Assembly (NCBI GenBank): GCA_028826165.1
Contig: JAPDFW010000092.1
Location: 186,001-250,000, forward strand
Direction: 5' to 3'
DNA from: Anaeramoeba ignava BMAN
Taxonomy: Eukaryota > Protista > Anaeramoebae
DNA length: 64,000 nt
Shown: one piece after another, positions 27,134-40,900 of the stretch
Layout of the letters: every line of letters starts with the position of its first letter
How positions within the stretch are numbered: position 1 is the stretch's first letter
Position numbers and translations under genes: made by a program
The notes under the pieces: model-generated
Told to the model about the DNA's origin: nothing
Database searches by the model: none
Seen by the model: the letters and a program-made list of their open reading frames with translations, nothing else

Positions 27134-28747
27134 ATGGATTATAAACAAGAATATGATTATCTTTTTAAAATTATTTTAGTTGGTGATTCTGGAGCTGGAA
27201 AATCTTGCTTATTAATTAGATATTCTGTATTTTATTAATAAAAATTGAATTAAATTAAATTTTTAGAAATGTAAAAAGTTTTTTCTCATTAATAAAAACA
27301 TTTTTAATATTAATTTTAAAGGATGGTAAATTTTCAGATTCTTATGTTTCAACAATTGGAGTGGATTTTGTAAATGAATATTAATTTAATTCAATTTTAA
27401 AAATTTAAAATTAAAAATTAAAAATTAAAAATCAAAATTTAAAAAAGAGGATTAAACCAATTGAATTAAATGGAAAAATTTTCAAGCTCCAAATTGTAAA
27501 ACTTTAAAATAAAATTTAGATTTAAAATCTAATTGAAATTCAAAATTAAAATCAAAATCAAAATCAAAATAAAAATTAAAATCAAAATCAAAATCAAAAT
27601 CAAAATCAAAAATCAAAATTAAAATCAAAATCAAAATCAAAATTAAAATCAAAATCAAAAATTAAATTAATAAAAGTGGGATTTTGCAGGAACTGAAAGA
27701 TTTTCAATGTATACAAGAAATTATTTTAGAGGAGCACATGGAATTATGATTCTTTATGATATTGCAAATCAAAACTCATTTGATAATCTTAAATTTTGGA
27801 TACAAGAAATTCAAGAAAAAGCAGGAGATGAAGTAAATATTATTCTAATTGGAACAAAATCAGATTTAGTTTCAAAAAGAGTTATTGATACAGAAACTGG
27901 AAAGGTATTTTTTTACATACAATAAATATTAAATAAATATTAAAATAAATATTAAATAAATATTAAATAAATATTAAATAAATATTAAAATAAATATTAA
28001 AATAAATATTCAATAAATATTAAATAAATATTAAATATTAAATAAATATTAAATAAATATTCAATAAATATTAAATAAATATTAAATAAATATTAAATAA
28101 ATATTCAATAAATATTAAATAAATATTCAATAAATAAATATTAAATAAATATTAAATTAAATATTAAATAAATATTTCAATAAATATTAAATAAATATTA
28201 AATAAATATTAAATAAATATTAAATAAATATTCAATAAATATTAAATAAATATTTCAAATAAATATTTCAAATAAATATTTTAAATAAATATTAAAAATA
28301 AATATTAAATAAATATTCAATAAATATCTAATAGAAATTAAATAAATATTAAATAAATATTAAAATAAATATTAAAATAAATATTCAATAAATATTAAAT
28401 AAATATTAAATATTAAATAAATATTAAATAAATATTTCAATAAATATTAAATAAATATTAAATTAAATATTAAATAAATATTTCAATAAATATTAAATAA
28501 ATATTAAATAAATATTAAATAAATATTTCAATAAATATTCCAAATAAATATTCCAAATAAATATTAAAATAAAATAAAATAGAAATTAGCAGAACAACTT
28601 GGCTATTCATTTTTTGAAACAAGTTCAAAAGAAAATATTAATATTAATGAAGCTTTTGAATCATTAACAAATCAAATTTATCAAAGAGTTAAACAAATTC
28701 CTCAAGAAAAACCAAAAAATGAAAAAAAAGATTGTTTATTAATGTGA
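27134..28747 (+). CDS. Rab1-like GTPase copy 23
   Basis: YDYLFK / GDSGAGKSC / STIGVDF / [19 protein letters not shown] / GTKSD / KKDCLLM*. Confidence 0.92.
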
Positions 28748-28896
28748 AAGTTAGGTTTTTAAATTTGAATTGAAATTTGAATTGAAATCCATTTTTTTTA
28801 ATTGTTGATTTATATTTTTGGAAAATGAAAAAATTTCAAAAAAACGTTTTCTTATTTTTTCATTTTTTTTTTCGATTTCTTTTCTTAAATAATCAA

Positions 28897-30683
28897 ATGG
28901 ATTATAAACAAGAATATGATTATCTTTTTAAAATTGTTTTAGTTGGTGATACTGGAGTTGGAAAAACAAGTTTATTATCTAGATATACTGTATTTTATTA
29001 ATAAAAAATTAAATTAAATTAAATTAAATTTTTAGAAATGTAAAAAGTTTTTTCTCATCAATAAAAACATTTTTAATATTAATTTTAAAGGATGGTAAAT
29101 TTTCAGATTCTTATGTTTCAACAATTGGAGTGGATTTTGTAAATGAATATTAATTTAAATTAGTTTAAATTAAATTAAATTAAATTAAATTAAAAAATTA
29201 AAAAATTAAAAACAAAGAGAACAAAAACAATTGGATTAGATGGAAAAAATATGAAACTTCAAATTGTAAAACTTTAAAATAAAATTTAGATTTAAAATCA
29301 AAATCAAAATCAAAATCAAAATCAAAATTAAAAATCAAAATCAAAATCAAAATTAAAATCAAAATCAAAATCAAAATCAAAATCAAAATCAAATTGAAAA
29401 TCAAAATCAAAATCAAAATTAAAATCAAAATTAAAATCAAAATCAAAATCAAAATCAAAATCAAAATCAAAATCAAAATCAAAATCAAATTCAAATTGAA
29501 AATCAAAATCAAAATCAAAATCAAAATCAAATTCAAATTGAAAATCAAAATCAAAATCAAAATCAAAATCAAAATTAAAATCAAAATCAAAACCAAAATT
29601 TAAATCAAAATAAAAATCAAAATCAAAAATTAAATTAATAAAAGTGGGATTTAGCAGGAAGTGAAAGGTTTATAAATGTAACAAGAGTTTATTATAGAGG
29701 AGCAAGTGGAGTTATTCTTCTTTATGATATTGCAAATCAAAACTCATTTGATAATCTTAAATTTTGGATACAAGAAATTCAAGAAAAAGCAGAAGATGAA
29801 GTAAATATTATTCTAGTTGGAACAAAATCAGATTTAGTTTCAAAAAGAGTTATTGATACAGAAACTGGAAAGGTATTTTTTTACATACAATAAATATTAA
29901 ATAAATATTTCAATAAATATTAAATAAATATTGAAATAAATATTAAATAAATATTTCAATAAATATTAAATAAATATCAAATAAATATTAAATAAATATT
30001 CCAAATAAATATTAAATAAATATTTCAAATAAATATTAAATAAATATCAAATATTCCAAATAAATATTTCAAATAAATATTCCAAATAAATATTCCAAAT
30101 AAATATTTCAAATAAATATTAAATAAATATTCCAAATAAATATTTAATAAATAAAATATTAAATAAATAGAATTCGAATAAATTTTAAATAAGTTCAAAA
30201 GAAAATATTAATAAATATTAAGCTTTTAAATATTCCAAATCAAATTTATTAAATTAAATAAAACAAATATTTCAAAAAATAAATATTGAAAAACAAATTT
30301 TTCAATAAATTTAAAAGAAAATATCAAAAATAAAAATTAAATAAAAATTAAAACAAAAAAAAAAACAAATTAAATATTAAAAATTCCTCTTTTCAAATAA
30401 ATATTAAATAAATATTGAATAAATATTCAAAATTAAAAAATTCAATAAATATTAAAGGAAAAAGAATAAAATAAAAATTAAAAATAAATAAAATCAATTT
30501 AGACTTTTTATCTTAAGTTATTCATTTTTGAAACAAGTTCAAAAAAGAAAATATTAATATTGATGAAGCTTTTAATCATTAACAAAAATAATTTATCAAA
30601 AAGTAAAACAATTTCCTCGGGAGGAAAACCAATTCCAATTCAATATAATTATTTTTGAAAAACAAGTTTGTTTATTAATTTAA
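28897..30683 (+). CDS. Rab1-like GTPase copy 24: exons 1-4 intact, last exon garbled
   Basis: GDTGVGKT / STIGVDF / WDLAGSE / GTKSD; exon-5 remnants at 30170-30683 end in CLLI*. Confidence 0.65.
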
Positions 30684-30841
30684 AAAGAAAATTCCAAAAA
30701 GAAAAAGTTTGGGATCAAAAAAATAAAAATAAAAAATTTTGATTGTAAAAATTTAAATTTTTCTTCCCTTGTATTTTGTTCTTTTTTATTTATTTTATTT
30801 TTATTTTTAAAAATTTTTTTCAAAAAGAAATCAAAATTAAT

Positions 30842-33800
30842 ATGCAAATTAAAATTGAAGTTAAAAGTATTCAAAGATTTAAAAAATCAAAATCAAAGTG
30901 AATAAAAGGAAAAAAGAATAAAAAGAAAAAAAATTAAAAAAAAAAAATACAAAAACAAATCAATTAGACTTTTTATCTTATAGTTGTTTCTTCAACTGAA
31001 GAATGGGGAGTATTAAGAAACTACACAAATTTTCGAATTCTTCATGACACAGTAAAAATTCTAATTAAAAATAAAATAATTTAAATTAAATTCAATTCAA
31101 TCCAAACAAGATCAACGAAAATGAATTAAAATTAATTAAATTTTTTTCTCTTTTATTTTTTCTTTTATTTTTTTCAGTTAAAATTATCTTTTCCAGAACA
31201 ATTACAAAAAATTAAATTTCCAATAGAAGTTTGGGATCAAAATTTACAAGAAATAATTTGTTTTGATTGTATCCAAGAATATTTAAATGATTTATTAAAA
31301 ATCCCAGAAATTGAATCTTCAAAACCTTTTGTTCATTTTATTCATGTAATTTAGAATTAAGAAATAAAATGGAAAATTTTTTTGAAGATCAAAAAGAAAT
31401 CAAAATTAAAATCAAAATCAAATTTAAATTCAAAATCAAAATCAAAATCAAAATCAAAAATCAAAATCAAAATCAAAATTCAAATCTAATTCAAAATCAA
31501 AATTAAATCAAAATCAAAATCTAATTCAAAATCAAAATTAAATTCAAATCAAAATCAAAATCAAAATCAAAATTAAAATCAAAATCAAAAATAAAATTAA
31601 AATCAAAATCAAAATCAAAATCAAAAATCAAAACAAAATTACAATCAATCTAATCAAAAATCCAATTGGAAAATCAACCAAAAAATTAAAAAAAATTTGC
31701 CACGAAAACATTTTTATCTTTCCAATATTTTGAAAAATAAATTTAAAATTAAAATCAAAATAAAACCAAAAATCGAAAACCACAAAAAAAACAAACACAA
31801 AAAACAATCCCAAATAAACCAAAAAAATAATCAAAAAATGGAAATGGTTGTAAATTGAAAAAAAATTTTTTCATCAAGATCTAAATAAATTTAATTTAAT
31901 TAATTCCAATCAATTTGATCAATTTAATCAAATAAAATCAATTTAATTAAATAAAATCAAATAAAATCAATTTAATTAATTTAATTAATTCAAATCAAAT
32001 TTAAATAAATTAAATCAAATCAAAATCAAATCCAAATTAAATCAATTTAATCTAATCAAATTAAATCAATTAAATTAAATCAAATAAATTTAATCTAATA
32101 CTAATCAATTTCAAATCAATTTAATCAATTTAATCAATTTAATCAATTTAATCAATTTAATCAATTTAATCAATTTAATCAATTTAATCAATTTAATCAA
32201 ATCAATTTAATCAATTTAATCAAATCAAATCAAATTAAATCAAATCAAATCAAATCAAATCAAATCAAATTAAATCAAATTAAATTAAATTAAATTAAAT
32301 CAAATCAAATCAATTTAATCAATTTAATCAAATCAAATCAAATTAAATTAAATCAAATCAATTTAATCAAATCAATTAAATAAATAAAATCAAATCAAAT
32401 CAAATCAAATCAAATTAAATCAATTTAATCAAATCAAATCAATTCCAAAAAATTAAATTAAATAAAATCAAATTAATTCAAATTAATTCAAATCAAATTT
32501 AAATAAATAATAATAAAAAAGCCACTCCCAGGTCATATAAATCGAGAAAGTTATTTGCAAACAAAAACAGCAGAAATGATCCAAAAAGAAAACAGACTAC
32601 TGAAAAAATGGGAAAAAACAAGATTAGTAGGAACACGATATGAAATCAGTAAGAAATTCAAGAAACAATTACGAAAAGGAGTACCAGACAAGTTTCGGAA
32701 GCAAGTATGGCTACTTGCAACAGGGGGAAAGGAGCTACTTGCGAAGCAGGGGAACTTCTATATGGATCAGTTAGAGAAACTATTTGGAGATCACGTACCA
32801 GAACACATTTCAGAATTTCCAATTGTGGCGGATGATGAATTTCATAAGTTCCACCACTTTATCGACACAGTACCCCTGGAGAGAATATTGGCGGTTCTAT
32901 CCGATCAGCACCACGATATCTCGTACTGTGTGTCCATCTCAGATATCATTTCTATCCTTTTGGTTTTCCTGGAGGAAAGCGAGTGTTATGCCGCTATTCA
33001 TTGCATGGTTATCATGTCCAAGAAGGGAAGAAAGTACTTCGAGACAACAAAAACAAACACCAATCTCTTCGAGGAAACATTCCGCAAACTCCTTTGGTCA
33101 AAAGTCCCTTCGGTTGCTAGAAAAATGAATGAGCTCGGAATTCAACCCGGTGAGTTTTATTCCGATTGGTTCCAGCGTACATTCGTAACAGACCTCCCTT
33201 TCCAGGCCGTTTTGCGTGTATTCGACTGCTTCCTCTATGAGGGAACTAAGATATTTTATAGAGTTGCTCTTTCCGTGTTTATGATCATGAAGAAAAATTT
33301 ACTCAATGCAAAATCAAAAGAGGAATTTCGAGAGTTGGTTCGAAATTTCCTTTGGAATATCGACAATATCGATGCCATTTTGAAGAAGGGCTTCAGTATT
33401 CTTCTCTCACGTTCAGGCTTCGATAAGATTGACCAAGAGAATCTGAAGATGAAGCGTGATGTGCTTGAATCAAAGATAATCAAAAAGGCATCTCATGTCG
33501 AACCAATTCGCGGATCTCTTTTTCGCATCAAAATACACGAATCTGGCCTCATAAAAAACACACATGCCCAGAAGATCTATCTCCATATCCCGCGTCATCT
33601 CCATTCGCGAATTCCAAAATTGATTTTTTCAACAGAAACTCATGGATTCACTTTGGGAAAATTGTATGCAACTTGCGCTCTTCATAGTCCTCCATTTATT
33701 TTGGTAATAAAACCCTTTATTGAAATCCCTTCAGATTATCTTTGTGGCGCGTTTTTGACTTATACTCCTCAGATTAGTGAGGAATATTATGGAGATGGAT

Positions 33801-34532
33801 TGATGTTCTTGTTTTCATTTACTGAGAATTTTAGGTGTTATCATTGGTCTGAATTTAAGGATGAATTTTTACTTGATGAAAAAACTAATCCTTTATTTAT
33901 TGAATCAAAACCAGCTGTTAAAAAATCTGAATTGAAAGAAAACGGAAATGAAAATCCAAATCCAAAATCCAAATCCAAATCCAATTCAAAATCAAAATGA
34001 AAATCAAAATCAAAATCAAAATGAAAATCAAAATCAAAATGAAAATCAAAATCCAAATCCAAATCAAAAAAAACATCCGAAAATCCAAAAAGAAAATCAT
34101 CCAATTCGAAATCAAAATCCAATTCGAAATTCAAATCAAAATCAAAATCAAAATCCAAATTCAAATCCAAATCAAAATCAAAATCAAAATCCAAATTCAA
34201 ATCAAAATCAAAATCAAAATCAAAATCAAAATCAAAATCAAAATCAAAATCAAAATCAAAATCAAAATCAAAATCAAAATTACAAAATTTATCGAACTTC
34301 TTTTATGTATGGTTCTAAAACTAATTTCCAAATAGGAAATGGTCCTTTTGGTCCTGGTTTGTTTTTTGATAAAGACCTTAAGAATTGTACTACTTGTGTT
34401 ACTGAAACTTTTTCAAATCAACCTTTAATTCCTTCTTCACTTTTTCCACTTGAACAACAAAAAGATCCACAACGTTCTTCTTTTATGATTCAAAATTTAG
34501 AAATTTATAGTTTGAAAAAGAAAGAAAAATGA
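30842..34532 (+). CDS. PX + TBC (Rab-GAP-like) + TLDc protein, TBC1D24/Skywalker-like
   Basis: Exons 30968-31051 and 31178-31346 encode a PX signature (WGVLRNYTNFRILHDT|LKLSFP..QEYLNDLLKIPEIESSKPFVHF). The exon from 32522 encodes TBC (LRKGVPDKFRKQVW, LRVFDCFLYEGTKIFYRVAL) and TLDc (LIFSTETHGFTLGKLY, GDGLMFLFSF, GLFFDKDL, ETFSNQPL). There is a 1-nt frameshift near 33965, and the start exon is approximate. Confidence 0.82.
31400..32500 (+). repeat. Intronic low-complexity tract (AAAATC, AAATC, AATCAATTT units)
   Basis: Lies between GT at 31347 and AG at 32520-32521. Confidence 0.85.
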
Positions 34533-34689
34533 AACAAAAATGGAAAAAAATTTATAATTTTCTTTCTTTTTTTTTTCAAAACTTTTTTTTTTTGAATTGG
34601 TTTTTTTTTTTTTTGATTTGAAGAATTTGAAACAAATTTTGTTTTAAATAAAAAGAAAATGAATAAAAAAATTAAATCTAAATTTAAAT

Positions 34690-35075
34690 TAAATCAAATT
34701 AAAATAAAAAAAAGTGGAACAAAATAATTATTTTTTGTTTTTTAATTAATCAATCAAAATAAAATTTAAATCTAAATTTAAATCAAAATTAAATAAAAAA
34801 ATTAAATCAAAAAAAGTGGAACAAAATAATTATTTTTTTGTTTTTTAATTAATCAATCAAATTGAAAATTAAAAATTAAATCAAATTAAATAAAAAAATT
34901 AAATCTAAATTTAAATTAAAAATTAAATCAAAAAAAGTGGAACAAAATAATTATTTTTTTTGTTTTTTAATTAATCAATTAAAATAAAAATTAAATCAAA
35001 ATTAAATCTAAAATTAAATCAAAAAAAGTGGAACAAAATAAGTATTTTTTTTGTTTTTTAATTAATCAATCAAAT
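34690..35075. repeat. Four imperfect tandem copies (about 90-120 bp) with core AAAAAAGTGGAACAAAATAATTATTTTTTGTTTTTTAATTAATCAAT
   Basis: GTGGAAC cores near 34714, 34816, 34937 and 35028. Confidence 0.9.
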
Positions 35076-35163
35076 TGAAAAAGAAAAAGAAAATGAAAGA
35101 AAAAGAAAGAAAGAGAAAAGTTTGTAGATTTCGATTGGAAAATTTTAAAATTGCTTGAGAAAA

Positions 35164-37577
35164 TCAAATATGTTCATCCTGATTCAAATACTGGGAATCA
35201 AGATGGTCTTTGAGTTCTGAATATTGAGTATCAGCCTTATTATCTTCTACTCTAAATGTCTTCATACCAGCAGGAGTATCACCAGCAAAAGTCATAGCAT
35301 TCATACCAGCTCTTGAGATGCCTTTTGTAGAATAAAAAACATGGTAGTCTCTCCATAGCTTGTAGACAAGGAACAGGAAGAGGGCGATGCAGAAGCAAAT
35401 AAAGACAATAATAGCGACGCAAATACGCTTTTGCTTTTTTGTATTCGAAGTGGCAGCAAGAGCGCAAGCAAGAATAAAAACAATAAGAGTAAATAAGATG
35501 ATCAAATAGTGAGAAAGTAAGACGTATTTTTGCGCGCGGGGAGTTTTTCGAAAAATAGGCAAGAAATGGACCATGTGAAAAAGCAGGAGGAGACCCATCA
35601 AAACAAGCGCTGCAGGGCAAGTATTCATGCCGATGTCAACGCATTCATTGTCGATGATTTTGTCGAGAAACGAGTTGAGACCATCATATCCAGATTGGGT
35701 ATAAAAGATATGGTCGTTAATCGGAGATGTAGCGATTGCATCGAAGGTCTCGATCATTCGTGTGACGTTAGTATCTTGATTATGTACCCCAATACAATAT
35801 ATTGTGATTCCATAACTTTTGACTTGATTTGCCATTGTTTGGATGACAGGTATTTGATTCATGTTGTCGTTGCCGTCTGTCAATAGGATGATTACCTGTC
35901 GGTTGTCCTCCCCGTCTCGTCGTCGTGCGTTGATCTCGTCAAGCGCTGTTTGAAGTCCGGATACGATGTTTGTTGTTGTCCCTATGTCAGGCATGTCGTT
36001 GATTCCATAGTCAATTGCACAGTGACTTCCTGTTAAACACATGCTTAGCTTCGCCCATGCTGCAAATTGTACTACTCCTACGTGCGCTCCTTCTGTTGAT
36101 ACTTTGAACTCGTTTACTACTTGCTCCCCAAACATCTTTACTTTCTCCCAATCCATCTCAATAATACTTGCAGAGTGATCGAGCACAAGCATCATGTCTA
36201 GCGGATTGTCGCATTGGCTATTATCGCCTGTTTGTTTTCGATTTAATTTTCAATATAAATTTAATTTTAATTTTAGATATAATTTTAAATGTAATATTAA
36301 ATATAATATTAAATATAATATTCAATATAATATTAAATTTAATTTTAAATATAATTTTAAATATAATATAAAATATAATTTTAAATATAATTTTAAATAT
36401 AATTTTAAATATAATTTTAAATATAATTTTGGATATAATTTTAAATATAATATTAAATATAATATTAAATATAATATTAAATATAATATTAAATATAATT
36501 TTAAATATAATATTAAATATAATATTAAATATAATATTAAATATAATATTAAATATAATTTTAAATATAATTTAAAATATAATTTTGAATATAATTTTAA
36601 ATATAATTTTGAATATAATTTTAAATATAATTTTAATATTAAATATAATTTTAAATATAAATTAAAATTTTTAAATATATATTTTAAATATAATATTAAA
36701 TATAATTTTTAAATATAATTTTAAATATAATATTAAATATATTTTAAATATAATTTTAAATATAATTTTAAATATAATTTTAAATATAATTTTAAATATA
36801 TTTTAAATATAAAAATAAATTTTAAATATAATTTTAAATATAATATTAAATATAATTTTTAAATATAATATTAAATATAATTTTAAATATAATATTAAAT
36901 ATAATTTTAAATATAATTTTAAATATAATAATATTAATTTTAAATATAATTTTAATATAATTTAAATATAATTTTTAAATATAATTTTTAAATATAATTT
37001 TAAATATAATATTAAATATAATTTTAAATATAATATTAAATATAATAAATATAATTTTAAATATAATTTTAAATATAATATTAAATATAATATTAAATAT
37101 AATATTAAATATAATATTAAATATAATATTAAATATAATTTTAAATATAATATTAAATATAATATTAAATATAATATTAAATATAATATTAAATATAATA
37201 TTAAATATAATTTTAAATATAATTTTAAATATAATATTAAATATAATATTAAATATAATTTTAAATATAATTTTAAATATTTTAAATATTTTAAATATAT
37301 TAATTTTTAAAATATTTCAAAAATAATATCAAATATAATTTTAAATATAATATTAAATGTAATATTAAATATAATTTTAAATATAATTTTAAATATAATT
37401 TTAAATATAATATTAAATATAATTTTGGATATAATTTTAAATATAATTGAATTGAATTGAATTGAATTGAATTGAACTGAATTGAATTTTAAATGGAAAT
37501 TTTTCTTCTTTTCATTTACTTGCTGTTATTAATGTAATTGTTGAAAGCAAAAATATTAAAATTATGTGCGATTTCAT
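35164..37577 (-). CDS. Signal peptide + VWA (MIDAS) domain + three TM helices membrane protein (exons 37577-37520, 36227-35164)
   Basis: Exon 1 encodes MKSHIILIFLLSTITLITA; a phase-1 intron joins it in frame to SDNSQCDNPLDMMLVLDHSAS..VGVVQF..TNIVSGL..IILLTDG..IYCIGV; three hydrophobic segments follow. Confidence 0.9.
36245..37445. repeat. 12-bp AAATATAATWTT repeat filling the VWA gene intron
   Basis: Direct inspection; it is the source of spurious ORF 36194-36712. Confidence 0.95.
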
Positions 37578-37916
37578 TTCTTTTTAAAAATTGATTTCTT
37601 TTTTAAAAATTGATTTCTTTTTTAAAATGATTTTTTGGTAAATGATTTTATTTTTGTTTTTCTGAATAAAAAAAGAAAAAGAAAAAGAAAAAGAAAAGAA
37701 AAAGAAAATGAAAAAAAATGAAAAAAAATGATTTTGATAATTTCAATTAAATTTTTTTTTTATTATAATTTTTACTAATATTTTGAAAAAATTGAATAAT
37801 TTATTCCATTTTTTTTTTTTTTTTCTTTTTTTTTTTTAAATAGAAAATAAATCAAACATAAAAATAAATTCAAATCAAAAAAATGGAAAAAAAAAAATAA
37901 GAATTAAAAATTTGTT

Positions 37917-40900
37917 TTAATTTTTTTGTGTTGAGAATTTTTGGATAGTTTCTAAAAAATCTTGATAACTTTCTAAAAAATCTGAATCATTTTGAAAATC
38001 TTCATAAATCAATTCAATAAAATCAATTACTCCAGTAATATTAATATATTGCATATTTTCTAAAAATATAAAAATAAATAAAAATTAAAATTAAATTAAA
38101 ACTTTTTATAATTGAAAAATTTTTTTCTCTTTTTACGTTCATTTTGATCTATAATTCTAGAAATTGTTTTTAATGCTTGAATTTGAATCTTTTTTTCTAA
38201 TGAAAAATTTTTCATTATTGAAATAATTAAATCAATTGCATTCGAATTTTTGATTAAATTTTGATTAACTTTTTGATTAAAAAATTTAAATTAAAAATTT
38301 TAAATGGAAAAAATTTTAAAATAAAAAATTATAATTTACAGCTATTCCCTTTGCACATATTCTCAATAAAACCCAAAAAAAATAAACTCAATTTTAAATT
38401 ATGAGAAAATCTTTTAGCTAAATTTGTAATAGAAGCAATTGCATTTTGATTTCTCAAAAATTCTTGATTTTCTATTTGAATTAAAAAAAAAAAATTTTTT
38501 TATTTTTTGGATCATTTTTTTTTCTTTTTTGGATCATTTTTTTTTACCTGTATTTCCTTTTACTAAATAAGATAAAACTTCAATTCCATAACATAAAATT
38601 TGATCATTATTTTTATTTTCATTGATAATATCTAAAATTCTACTTATTCCTCGTAATCTTCGAATTGTTGTTTGATTTTCTATTTGTAATTCAAAATAAA
38701 AGAAAAATTATTTAATTTTTCAATTCAAAAAAAAATTTTTCAATCAAACCTTTTGAATTTTTTGATAAAAGTGATAAAAGAAAGAAATTATGAGGAAAAA
38801 AGAGACCATTTGATTTATGATTCATTAAATTAATCAATTCTTTAATTATGCTTTTTGAGGCCATTTGATCTATTAAATCTATATAAGAAAAAATTGATTT
38901 AAAAAAATTTTTCTTTTTTCTTTTTTTCTTTTTTTCTTTTTCAAACTTTGTTCAATAATTTTGGAAAGTAAAGAATAACATTGTTGTTGAATTTTTGGAG
39001 ACTTTTTGAAATTATTAATTGCAGAAAAAACCAAATTAATTATGTCTAAATTTATAAACTCAAGTGCAATTTCTATAAAAATTTGTTAATTAATTTTCAA
39101 TTTTTAAATTTTGAAAAAAAATATCATTTTTATTACGAGAATTTGAACATAATTTTCTTAAAGCCATAATTAATTGCTCAGAGTATTCTACTTTTGATAT
39201 TTGTTTAAGATATTTTTGTAATAAAACGAATGCATCTGTTTCTTTAATTTGCTCATAATTTTCTATTTAAATTTTAAATTTTTAATTTTAATTTAAATTA
39301 ATTTTAATTTTAATTTAATTTAATTTTTACCAAATTTGGAAAAATCTAAAAATGAAATGATTGAAAACAATCGGAATAAAATTTGATCGGATGGATTATT
39401 TTTAAGTATTTCAATAATTTTTTTGATTCCTTGAAATTCTGTAAAAAGATCTTGATTTTCTAATTAAAAAAAAAATTTTTAATTAATTAATTAATTAATA
39501 AATAAATATTTCAAAATTCATTTTCTACCTGTTGAATTGTAAATTAAATGTTGAAGAAACCTTAAAATTTTTAATTGAAGATCTCTATTACGAGAATATT
39601 TTTCTAAAATTTGGATCATTTTCGGAATTTCTTGTAATTGGAAAAATTTATGTTTTGATTCTAAAAAAAAAAAAATCAAAAACATGACAAATTAATTCTT
39701 TTTGTTTTAATCAAAAATTAAAGTTTACCTTTTTTGGTTTTTGTGAATAAATCAAAAATTGAAACTCCAGCATTATAAATAATCATATTATCATCAAAAA
39801 TTCTAATCGATTGATCAATTAATTCAATTCCATTTGTTTCTTCAATTAACTGAAAAATTTCTATTTAAATAATGCATTAAAATTAAACAATCCATTTAAA
39901 TATCGAATTATTTTTTTTTTTTTGGGAAACTTTAAATTAATTTAATATTATTTACCCATATCACTAAAATTGGCTCTATTTATTGATAAAACTTTAATTT
40001 TTTTCATTAACATCTCGAATTGGTTTTGGATTCCAATTATTATAAATTTGTTTGCCATATTTGGGAATAAATTTTTTTTATCTTTTTTTTTATAGGATAC
40101 CTCATTTTGAATTTGAATTAAGTTATCCAAAATTTCTTCGAAATGATTCTCTTTTTGTGAAATTGGGATTGTCTTTTGTTCTTTTTTTTCCTTTTTATTT
40201 GAATTCTTATTATTTATATTTATATTTGAATTTTTATTATTTTTCTTTTCCTTTGAATTTTGATTTTGATTTTGATTTTGATTTTGGTTTTGATTTTGAT
40301 TTTGATTTTGATTTTGATTTTGATTTTGATATTCATTTTGATTTTGATATTCATTTTGATTTTGATTTTTGATTTTTTTGATTTATATTTTGATATTCAT
40401 TTGATTTTGATATTGATTTTGATTTTGATATTGATATTCATTTTGATATTCATTTTGATTTTGATTTTGATATTGATATTCATTTGGATTTTGACTTATA
40501 TTTTGATATTCATTTTGATTTTGATTTTGATATTGATATTCATTTGGATTTTGATTTGAATTTTGATATTCATTTTGATATTCAATTTGGTTTTGATTTT
40601 GATTTTGATTTGAATTTAAATTTACATTTTGATATTCAATTTGGTTTTGATTTTGATTTGAATTTAAATTTAAATTTTGATATTCATTTTGATATTCAAT
40701 TTGGTTTTGATATTGATTTGAATTTAAATTTAAATTTTGATATTCATTTTGATATTGATTTGAATTTAAATTTACATTTTGATATTCATTTATATTTGAA
40801 TTTTGATTTTGATATTCAATTTGATATTCATTTTCATTTTGATATTGATTTGAATTTGAATTTTGGTTTTGATATTGATTTGAATTTGAATTTTGATATT

